Virus record (IMG/VR): IMGVR_UViG_3300000304_000008
Location: 5,363 to 69,362 of that record
Reading direction: 5' to 3' (one strand)
Length of the DNA stretch: 64,000 nt
From: a virus
Below are positions 17,978 to 26,411 of this stretch, piece after piece. The notes under the pieces were generated by a model. The model saw only the letters and a program-made list of their open reading frames with translations, did not search any database and had not been told where the DNA came from. Every line of letters starts with the position of its first letter. Within the stretch, counting starts at the first letter, position 1. Both the position numbers and the translations under genes were made by a program.

Positions 17978-19770
17978 ACGAATCGATGAGGTTACTAAAG
18001 AAACCTTACGATATATCGAAGATAGAAGAAAACATAATATTGTTTCTCTTAAAACTCGATGGAATAAGTTTAATAAAGTATGTTTCTTTGAACCTAATAT
18101 GATTTATACTGTTGCCGGTACATCTGGTGCAGGTAAAAGTGCATTTGTAAATATTATTACTAATGATTTAATTGATTTTAATACTTCTCAGGATATAGTT
18201 ATTCTTAATTTCAGTTTTGAAATGTTAAGCTATAGAAATGTTGGTAGATTACTTTCAAATAAATTGAAAATGACTACTAATGATTTATATAGCAATGAAA
18301 AAGACATTACAGATATTGAATATCAACAAATAGAAGAAACGGCTAAGTCACTAGAAAAAAAGAATATCTACTATATAGATACTCCAATGACTGTTGATAA
18401 AATAGAAGAAACTATAGTACAATTTCATAATACTATCGCTAAAAATAAATGGTTAATAATAGTATTAGACCATACGTTATTAGTAGAAGGTGATACTGAA
18501 AGAGGTACTCTCATCGATTTACAGAAAATGTTTATACGAGTAAAGAAATTAGAAAAGACTAGTATTATACAGATTTCACAGATGAATCGAAATATTGAGA
18601 CTCCTGAAAGAATTAATAATCCTGTAACTCACTTCCCAATGAGAAGTGATTTATCAGCTTCTGATGCTATATTTCAAGCTAGTGATTATGTATTAGTAAT
18701 TCACCGTCCAGAAATACTCAATAAAATGTATGTTGAGTCTAAACTCCGTTAAACGGTGAAAGTCCGATGGGATAACGCCGTACCAAGCTTATATAGAAAT
18801 ATATAAGTAGTGTCTAACGACTATTAGTGAAACTAAAGCTATATAGCTATGTTAATAAATTCTAACACGAAAGCGGGGAATATAACTTTTAATATAATTA
18901 TTCATTCCATATAAATAAATAAATAATAAATATTTTATGGAACTAATAATAAACAATAAAAAATATAGTATTTCTTCAAGAAGAAAAGTACAATATAATG
19001 ATAACGAACCATTATTTTATTGTACTAAATGTAAACAATATTTACCAATTTCTTCTTTTGAATTAAAATGGAATAATTCAAAGACAGAAAAAAATAATAT
19101 ACGTAGTGAATGTAAACAATGTAGATGTGAAGAAAGTCGTCTTTATCATTTTTACAGAAGAAGAAAATATACAGATTTAGTAGCTAAAGAAAAAATAATA
19201 CATTTAGATAAATTAAAACATGATTTAAATTATCATAATCAAATACTTCTTTGGAAATCTGCTAAACAACATGCAAAAAAATTAAATATTGAATTTACCA
19301 TTCAACCTACAGATATTATTATTCCTACAAAATGTCCAATTCTAAAAAAGGATTTTATATTACACGATAAAAAATATACATATTCTATTGATAGAATTGA
19401 TAATAATAAAGGTTATGTAAAAGGCAATATTGCTGTAATTTCAAGATTAGCAAATATAATGAAAAATTGTGCTTCAAAAGAAGAATTATTATTATTTTCT
19501 AAAAATATTAAAAGCTATATTAAGAAATAGTCTGAACTATCTATATAAATGAAAAGATAGATGTATAAGATAAAGAGCTTATACGATAACAATATGTTAC
19601 AATTTTACGGGGTTAATCGTTTACCTGCAAGAAATAAAGTTTATCTCCACTTACTTAAAGTAAGAGAAGGAGAGCCATGTATCCTCGTATTTGAAAATAA
19701 TTTAAAATACGGTGATTTAATTGAAACTACATTAGAAACTGAAAAACAAACTAAAGTAGTATTTAAATAA
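17958..19770 (+). CDS. dnaB: replicative DNA helicase, split by a group I intron: join(17958..18722,19597..19770), 312 aa
   Basis: Walker A AGTSGAGKS, LDH, SQMNR and SDAIFQASD motifs; splicing gives ...HRPEILN|LQFYGVNRLP... Confidence 0.88.
18723..19596 (+). mobile_element. group I intron in dnaB
   Basis: Exon CTCAAT pairs with IGS GTTGAG (U.G at splice site), P7 AACGACTA (18816-18823)/ATAGTC (19527-19532), terminal G, P10 AAAATGTA/TACAATTT; splicing restores frame. Confidence 0.88.
18937..19530 (+). CDS. intron-encoded HNH-type homing endonuclease
   Basis: CxxC..CxxC plus SIDRIDNNKGYVKGNIAVISRLANIMK; lies between the two P7 strands. Confidence 0.8.
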   Translation: MELIINNKKYSISSRRKVQYNDNEPLFYCTKCKQYLPISSFELKWNNSKTEKNNIRSECKQCRCEESRLYHFYRRRKYTDLVAKEKIIHLDKLKHDLNYHNQILLWKSAKQHAKKLNIEFTIQPTDIIIPTKCPILKKDFILHDKKYTYSIDRIDNNKGYVKGNIAVISRLANIMKNCASKEELLLFSKNIKSYIKK

Positions 19771-19786
19771 TAAAAGGCTGAAAATT

Positions 19787-20284
19787 ATGAAAAAGATTTA
19801 TTTAAACGATAATAACACCACTATTAAAGATAAAATTACAAACGCAATTGCAAATAAATATCCGATGTTTGGTATTAAACCAAAAACTGAATTACATCTT
19901 GATGATTTAGTCTTTACAGCATATGAACCTGTAAATACAAAAGCTATTCAAATTCCGTTCTTAGCTTGGTTTAAGAATGAAATTACAGATAAACTTCGTT
20001 ATGGATTATTTGCAAAGTCTAAAGAAGAAAAAGCTAAAAAGAATCTTGCACTTATGGCAGCTATGGAACGGTTACGTAAGTATGCAGCAGAATTAAAAGA
20101 TAATGAAGAAGACGACGATGAACTATTCTTCATGGGTAAACGAATTAAGTTCTATGATAACTTTATTCAAGTAGGTTCAGAGATTATTTCTCTGTATGAT
20201 TACATGCCGTATTTTAAGAAGAATAAAAAGAATGGTATTACTATTCAGTTCATGATTAGTCTTAGCGATGAACTTGATTTATAA
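19787..20284 (+). CDS. hypothetical protein
   Basis: 165-aa ORF within replication module. Confidence 0.8.
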   Translation: MKKIYLNDNNTTIKDKITNAIANKYPMFGIKPKTELHLDDLVFTAYEPVNTKAIQIPFLAWFKNEITDKLRYGLFAKSKEEKAKKNLALMAAMERLRKYAAELKDNEEDDDELFFMGKRIKFYDNFIQVGSEIISLYDYMPYFKKNKKNGITIQFMISLSDELDL

Positions 20285-20357
20285 TTCTTTACTATTGAAA
20301 TAACTAACAAATACTCTCAAATTCTATCAGATTTCTTTAGTAGTTAAACATTTTATT

Positions 20358-21919
20358 ATGATAATACTACCAAAAGAAAAAACACAGCCAGTTAAAAACT
20401 CTATTAAATTTATGATATTATTTGGTAAGCCAAAAGCCGGTAAATCATCGGCTATGGCTGCCTTAGATTATAATCTTATCATAGATTTAGAAGATGGTTA
20501 TAAAGGTTTAAGTGCTTTAGTAGTACAAGCTAGAAACATTAATGATTTTGGCGAAATAGCTAAAGCAATAAAAGAAGAAATTAAAGAAACAGGTAAATTT
20601 CCATATAAGTATATTACTATAGATAACGCTACCAGACTTGAGGAAATATGTATGGGGTATGCTATTACACTCTGAATTGCGGAGCTTCATATAGCGATAT
20701 ATGATGAAAAATTCCTTGAATTTCTGGAACATCTTTCCTTGATATACGTTTTTCACAAGGAAAGACAATCAGAAGCTAAGTATTATGAAACAGGAAACTT
20801 TAAAAAAATACATTAATCATACTTTTGGTAATTATACAGTTTTAGATATTGACCACGAAGAATATAATAAAGAAAATTATAGAAAACGTACATATTTTAA
20901 ATGTAAATGTAATAGATGTGGAAAAGAATGTATTGTAAGGTCTGATAAAATGACTTCAAAAAGATTTCCACCAAAGTGTTGTCAATATTGTATGAATAAC
21001 CAACAAAAAGAAACAGCAGAAAGAAAATATAAAATAAAAGATACAAAATATTTAAGAGATAGAATAAATTCTATTAGAGGTAATGCAAAAACAAGACATT
21101 ATAATATGGAACTAACAAATGAGCAAATATTAAATATCATAAAACAACCATGTTATTATTGTAATCAAGAAATTGCATTAGGTATTGATAGATTAGATTC
21201 TACTAAAAATTATACTTTAAATAATTGTGTACCTTGCTGTTTTATTTGTAATAGAATGAAAAATAAATATTCATTACAAACTTTTTTAGAAAAAGTTCGA
21301 TTAATTTACAATAAGTTTTATAATAAAAGTTCAACGACTATCTCGAAAGAGAGTACATCTGAAGCTAACGCAGATGGAAGCAGGGAACATCTTAACGTTG
21401 CTTAAGATGATGATATAGTCTAATCTGTATGGTAACATACAGCAGTTCATAAGAGAACGTATATAAGAGTTGCGTCTTATATAGAATATAAATGACAAAC
21501 AAACACCTCAAGGTAAGAATTATCAAGGTACTGATATTCGTACTTTACCTCAAGGTGCAGGTTATAATTATTTAAGAACAGCTGTTCGAAAAGTAATTGA
21601 TATGTTTCGTAGTTTATGTGAAACATGTATACTTGTAGCTCATGTTAAAGAAAAAATGATTAATGTTGAAGGTGAAGAAATGTCAGAAATGACACTTGAT
21701 TTAACAGGTAAATTAGGTGATATACTATGTGGTGAAGCTGATGCTATTGGCTATGTATATAGAAAAAAGAATGAAACTATAATTTCATTTGAAGGTGGAA
21801 TGAACTCTATTAGAGAAGCTCGACCAATTCATTTACGTGGCAAAAAAATAGTAATAGGCGAAAGTGATGAAAATAATAATTTAATTTTTCATTGGGATAA
21901 AATATTTTTACCAGAATAA
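20358..21919 (+). CDS. AAA-family ATPase (Sak4-like), split by a group I intron: join(20358..20673,21495..21919), 246 aa
   Basis: Walker A FGKPKAGKS, IIDLE and TIDNAT motifs; splicing gives ...AITLY|KQTPQGKNY... in frame with the 21602 ORF. Confidence 0.8.
20674..21494 (+). mobile_element. group I intron in ATPase gene
   Basis: Exon CTCT pairs with GGAG (U.G), CAACGACTAT (~21332) / ATAGTCT (~21415) P7, terminal G at 21494; splicing restores frame. Confidence 0.85.
20785..21405 (+). CDS. intron-encoded HNH homing endonuclease
   Basis: CKCNRCG, CYYC, GIDRLDSTKNYTLNNCVPCCFICNRMK. Confidence 0.85.
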   Translation: MKQETLKKYINHTFGNYTVLDIDHEEYNKENYRKRTYFKCKCNRCGKECIVRSDKMTSKRFPPKCCQYCMNNQQKETAERKYKIKDTKYLRDRINSIRGNAKTRHYNMELTNEQILNIIKQPCYYCNQEIALGIDRLDSTKNYTLNNCVPCCFICNRMKNKYSLQTFLEKVRLIYNKFYNKSSTTISKESTSEANADGSREHLNVA

Positions 21920-21937
21920 ATTTAAAAAATATTAGTT

Positions 21938-22537
21938 ATGGGATATAATAAAGAAGCAGCGTTAAGCGTAACGGATTATAAGTCGAATTATATTGCAGCA
22001 GGTATTCAGGAAAATATTACATTAGATAAAGTAGAAGTTGCGACTTCACCAACAGGTAATAAATATTTTCAATTAACGTTTAGTAATGATGAAGGTCAGA
22101 TTGCTACTCATACTGAGTGGGAACCTAAAATGGGAGCTTTTACTAAAACTGAAGCCGATCTTGACCGAGCTATGAATCGACAATATAAGCGTATGTTGCA
22201 GATTCTTATGTGTTTTTATAAAGACGAACAAATTAACTTTAATGGTGAAAAGTTTATTGATTTTGCAAATTATATAGCTACAATGCTAAATTCAGCAGAT
22301 AAATCAATTAAACTTCGTGTTAAGTTCGTATACAATTCGAAAGGATTTATTGTTTTGCCGAGTAAGGTTGATAATATATTTATCGAACCTATGAGTATTC
22401 CTAAAGAAGAATCTAAGATTGAAATTAAATCTGATGATATTATTACTCGTCCTATTATTGCTGATAAAGAAATTAAAAACGATAATCCTTTAGATGAAAA
22501 GAAAGAAGAAGAAAATAATAATGATTTACCGTTTTAA
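21938..22537 (+). CDS. putative single-stranded DNA-binding protein
   Basis: Acidic C-terminal tail ending DLPF; located between ATPase and primase. Confidence 0.55.
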   Translation: MGYNKEAALSVTDYKSNYIAAGIQENITLDKVEVATSPTGNKYFQLTFSNDEGQIATHTEWEPKMGAFTKTEADLDRAMNRQYKRMLQILMCFYKDEQINFNGEKFIDFANYIATMLNSADKSIKLRVKFVYNSKGFIVLPSKVDNIFIEPMSIPKEESKIEIKSDDIITRPIIADKEIKNDNPLDEKKEEENNNDLPF

Positions 22538-22631
22538 ATAAATTCATACTAGGCGAAGAGGATAGTCACTGAATTAAATTAAGGCTCTTACTACTTTCGG
22601 TGGATGTGGAAATAACCGAATATTCTTTCTA

Positions 22632-22674
22632 GGAGTGAAAACGTAATGGGGATTCGTATTCCCCCACTCCACTA
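22632..22674 (+). ncRNA. tRNA-like minihelix (acceptor stem plus T-arm only)
   Basis: GGAGTG/CACTCC, GGGGA-TTCGTAT-TCCCC, 10-nt linker, 3' ACTA. Confidence 0.6.
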
Positions 22675-22686
22675 AATTAAGTAACT

Positions 22687-23694
22687 ATGTATAATAAAGA
22701 GAAAGCTAAAAAGCCAATCTATACTTTAGATTGGATATTATCTAAAGTAACAGAATATGATATATATGCTAGTTACTTAGGTGAATTTAAAGTAGGACTT
22801 ATATATAATAGTCCATTTAGAGAAGATAAAAATCCATCATTTGGTATATACTATAGTAAAAGAACTCAACAACTTTTATTTAAAGACCATGGTACTGGTC
22901 AATGTGGTAATGTGATTAAATTCGTATCTCTAATAACAGGTAAGACTAATTATGATGATATATTAGAAGATATAGTAAATCATACTCATATTACTAATCG
23001 TACCAAATTAGCTAGCTCTAAGCATTATATACCATCTACAGAGACAATTATAGGCGTTGTAAGACAAGATTTTACTGAAACTGATAAGAAGTATTGGTCA
23101 CAGTTTAATATTAGCTTAGAAACGCTTAAAATGTATCATGTAAGTAGTATTAAATATTATTTATGTAATGGTATTGTTAAAGGTATATACAAAGATGATA
23201 ATCCTATGTATGCTTATAAAGTATATAATCATTTTAAGATATATAGACCTTTAGCAGATAAATACCATAAATGGCGTAACAATCTTGAACAAAACGATAT
23301 ACAAGGTTATGAACAACTACCAGAAGTAGGTGATTTATTAATTATAACTAAATCAATGAAAGATGTTATGTGCTTTCACGAAATGGGTTATAATGCTATA
23401 TCTCCTGCTTCTGAAAGTACATTTATCTCAGACATCGCTTTAGAGACTATTTTAAGGCGATTTAAGACAGTTTTAATAATGTTTGATAGAGATGGTGCTG
23501 GAGTTAATTATCTTCGCAAAATAAGCCAAAAAACAGGCTTAAAACCGATTTTAGTCCATCGTAAGTTTAAAGCAAAAGATATATCTGATGCAATTAAGCT
23601 AAATGGATTTAAAAAAGTAAAAGAATGGTTTGATAAAGAAATGAAAAAATATGTAGAACCAAAAGATAAAGAATGCAACAGTAACAATTGTTGA
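22687..23694 (+). CDS. dnaG: DNA primase (DnaG-like, TOPRIM)
   Basis: SPFREDKNPSF zinc-ribbon-like region, TKSMKDVM, MFDRDGAG (DxD), KDISD. Confidence 0.88.
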   Translation: MYNKEKAKKPIYTLDWILSKVTEYDIYASYLGEFKVGLIYNSPFREDKNPSFGIYYSKRTQQLLFKDHGTGQCGNVIKFVSLITGKTNYDDILEDIVNHTHITNRTKLASSKHYIPSTETIIGVVRQDFTETDKKYWSQFNISLETLKMYHVSSIKYYLCNGIVKGIYKDDNPMYAYKVYNHFKIYRPLADKYHKWRNNLEQNDIQGYEQLPEVGDLLIITKSMKDVMCFHEMGYNAISPASESTFISDIALETILRRFKTVLIMFDRDGAGVNYLRKISQKTGLKPILVHRKFKAKDISDAIKLNGFKKVKEWFDKEMKKYVEPKDKECNSNNC

Positions 23695-24040
23695 TAATAT
23701 AAAATTTAAGTCTAAATTAGAGGCTTATACATATCAAAAGCTGAAAGAAGCAAATATAGATGTTCAATATGAACCAATCAAATATGAGCTACTTCCAGCT
23801 TTTATTTTTAAAGAAAAGAAAATAAGACCTATTACTTATACACCAGATTTTGTAAATGATAAATTTATTATCGAATGTAAAGGTTATCCTAATGAGAAAT
23901 TCCCATTAAAATTAAAACTTTTTTATTATTACTTATTAAATAATAATATAAATAATATTAATTATTATATAGTAAAGAATAAAAAAGACGTTGATAATTT
24001 AGTAAAACAACTAAAAGATGAGAATACTAGGTCTTAGTGA
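23651..24040 (+). CDS. PD-(D/E)xK endonuclease (endonuclease I / resolvase-like), 129 aa, TAG at codon 2; absent from ORF track
   Basis: ATG TAG AAC CAA... gives MQNQKIKNAT...FKSKLE...YEP...YTPDF...IIECKG; ends TAG TGA. Confidence 0.8.
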
Positions 24041-24857
24041 TTTGCATGGTAATTTATTAGAAACTATACCTAAATGTGATGTACTTTGTTTATGTGGAGA
24101 TATAATACCATTAAGTATACAAAGAAATAATCAACAATCAGAGTATTGGTGGAAAAATAAATTTACTTCATGGATAAATAAAATAGATTGTAAAGAAGTA
24201 ATAGTAGTACCAGGTAATCATGATTTTTATTTTGAATGGTTGTATTGTTTATTAGATAATAATAATCAGCATACTGAATATGATAATTTTTGTAATTTAT
24301 TAAATTATATATGTAAAAAACCAATTCATATATTAATTAATGATAGTGTTACTATTAACAATATAACTTTCTATGGTTGTCCTTTTGTACAACCTATAGG
24401 AGGATGGGCATTTGAATGTACTACTCATAAACAAATAGAAATACCTAAATGTGATATACTATTAACTCATGATAGTCCTATAAAGAATCATAATTTAGAA
24501 TATTATGGTACAGGTAAATCTAAATATTGGTTATATGGACATTGGCATGAAGGAGAATCAGATTATGCTAAAGACTGGTATAATTGTTCACGTTTAGATG
24601 ATAGATATTGTTTTAAAAAGAATTATAAATACGTATTAATCGATATTAATATGCCAAAAACAACATTTGAAATATTACAAGAATTTGCAGAAGAAATTAA
24701 AGATTATGCTGCATCATTACTTGATAGTGAAACTGAATATGATAATTTTTGTCATAAAGTTGATGAAATATTTATCAAGTACATAGATAATCCTAAAGAT
24801 ACAGAAGATGAAATTCCTTGGACTGATTCTTCTATAATTAATGATATGGAGGATTAG
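24018..24857 (+). CDS. calcineurin-like metallophosphoesterase
   Basis: SDLHG, CGD, GNHD, THD and GHWH motifs. Confidence 0.9.
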   Translation: MRILGLSDLHGNLLETIPKCDVLCLCGDIIPLSIQRNNQQSEYWWKNKFTSWINKIDCKEVIVVPGNHDFYFEWLYCLLDNNNQHTEYDNFCNLLNYICKKPIHILINDSVTINNITFYGCPFVQPIGGWAFECTTHKQIEIPKCDILLTHDSPIKNHNLEYYGTGKSKYWLYGHWHEGESDYAKDWYNCSRLDDRYCFKKNYKYVLIDINMPKTTFEILQEFAEEIKDYAASLLDSETEYDNFCHKVDEIFIKYIDNPKDTEDEIPWTDSSIINDMED

Positions 24858-24859
24858 AT

Positions 24860-25852
24860 ATGAAAGAAATGGACTTATCAATATCATATTACGATGACCT
24901 TCAAAGAATAAGTAACAGTGCTATCGGAGTATATCTAAAGAAAGGTCCATTAGCTTTAAAACATCTTATGAATGGAGAAGATGAAAAACTTAGTTTACCT
25001 GCATTAGAAATAGGTACTATGATTCATGAATATATTCTCCAACCTGAAGAATTTTGGAAAGATTATTGTATACTTGATTTTACAATACCTAAAGTAAAAC
25101 AGCAAAAAGATTTATTAGATGAATATCATAGATTAATGGAAATAGATCCATTTAAATCACAAGATGAAATCAAATTAGCTGCATATAGAAAAGCATACAA
25201 TAATAAAAAGAAAGATGATAAATGTATTAAAGAAACAGAAGATTTAATTATGGTTTATCAAGATTACTTAGAATATTTAAGTAATAAAAATAATAAAAAA
25301 GTTATATCTTTTGCTGATTTAAATACATTAAAAAAGATTAAACAAAATCTTCAAGAGCATAAAAAAGCTAATGAATTATTGTTTAATCTATCTGATAAAT
25401 GGGAATGTTATAATGAATTTCATATAAATTGGGAATGCCAAAATGTGCAATGTAAATCTCTACTAGATAGAGTATGTTTTAATTTTGAAGAAAAGAAAGT
25501 TATTCTAATAGATTTAAAAACTACTCCTAATGTATATGATTTCAAACATTCTATAGAAGAATTTGATTATTATAGACAGTTATCATATTATACTATGGCA
25601 ATATTCTGGTATCTTGAAAACATTAAAGAATTAAATCCAGATGATTTCGATTTAGAAGTATATATTATTGCTATAGGTAAAGATAAAGATAATCAAATTC
25701 GAGTTTTTAATATGTTAAATGAAACAGAATTAACAGTAAGAGGAAAATTACTAACAAATACTCTCAAAGCTATCGATTATCATATATCCTCTAATAACTG
25801 GGAACACAGTAAAGAGTATTATGATAGCACAGGAATCGAAGAAGTATCTTAA
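24860..25852 (+). CDS. PD-(D/E)xK exonuclease (RecE/RecB-like)
   Basis: ISNS, GTMIHEYIL, KSLLDRV..IDLKTT, YYRQLSYY. Confidence 0.85.
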   Translation: MKEMDLSISYYDDLQRISNSAIGVYLKKGPLALKHLMNGEDEKLSLPALEIGTMIHEYILQPEEFWKDYCILDFTIPKVKQQKDLLDEYHRLMEIDPFKSQDEIKLAAYRKAYNNKKKDDKCIKETEDLIMVYQDYLEYLSNKNNKKVISFADLNTLKKIKQNLQEHKKANELLFNLSDKWECYNEFHINWECQNVQCKSLLDRVCFNFEEKKVILIDLKTTPNVYDFKHSIEEFDYYRQLSYYTMAIFWYLENIKELNPDDFDLEVYIIAIGKDKDNQIRVFNMLNETELTVRGKLLTNTLKAIDYHISSNNWEHSKEYYDSTGIEEVS

Positions 25853-26363
25853 TCCTGAAAATAAAACTATAACTACTGTATTTCTATTACCGTTATTATT
25901 TGATAATAGAAAAATATTATATAATAAATATGGTTTTGTTAATGCTTTTATTGAAGATATTAATAGACCTTGGTTAGATAATCATATATTCGTACTATTT
26001 AAAACTAGTAGTATATCAGATTCTATAGAAAAAGATATGCGAAACAATAAATATTTCTATGATATAAAGCAGATAATTATAGATAATAATTTTTATGAAG
26101 AATATATATTTATTATACCACCAGAATATAAAAAAAGTCTTGAAACATTCAAGACTATAAGTTATAATATCTTAACGGTAGAAGATAAAATTAAAGTATT
26201 AAAGTTTTGGGGTTTAGAAGATATTCCATATATAGATATATTATTAAATTCTAATCCAGAATATGCTGAATTTGAAAATGATAATATTGTACCTGAAGAA
26301 GATTCAGTAGATGAGTTTAATGAATTAAATTCAAAAATATTCCTACAACAGTTAGGTTTTTAA
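25821..26363 (+). CDS. hypothetical protein
   Basis: 180-aa ORF, last + strand gene. Confidence 0.8.
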   Translation: MIAQESKKYLNPENKTITTVFLLPLLFDNRKILYNKYGFVNAFIEDINRPWLDNHIFVLFKTSSISDSIEKDMRNNKYFYDIKQIIIDNNFYEEYIFIIPPEYKKSLETFKTISYNILTVEDKIKVLKFWGLEDIPYIDILLNSNPEYAEFENDNIVPEEDSVDEFNELNSKIFLQQLGF

Positions 26364-26371
26364 AGGTTGAT

Positions 26372-26410
26372 AAAAAAGAAGGGCGAGGTCTTATGACTCC
26401 GCCCTTTATT
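26372..26410. terminator. bidirectional intrinsic terminator between convergent blocks
   Basis: A-run, AAGGGCG..GTC-TTAT-GAC..CGCCCTT hairpin, T-rich 3' side; flanked by convergent stops. Confidence 0.85.
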
Positions 26411-26411
26411 A

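Noticed and set aside
19561-19770. Stand-alone ORFs 19561-19770 and 21602-21919
   Set aside because: They are second exons of dnaB and the ATPase after intron removal.
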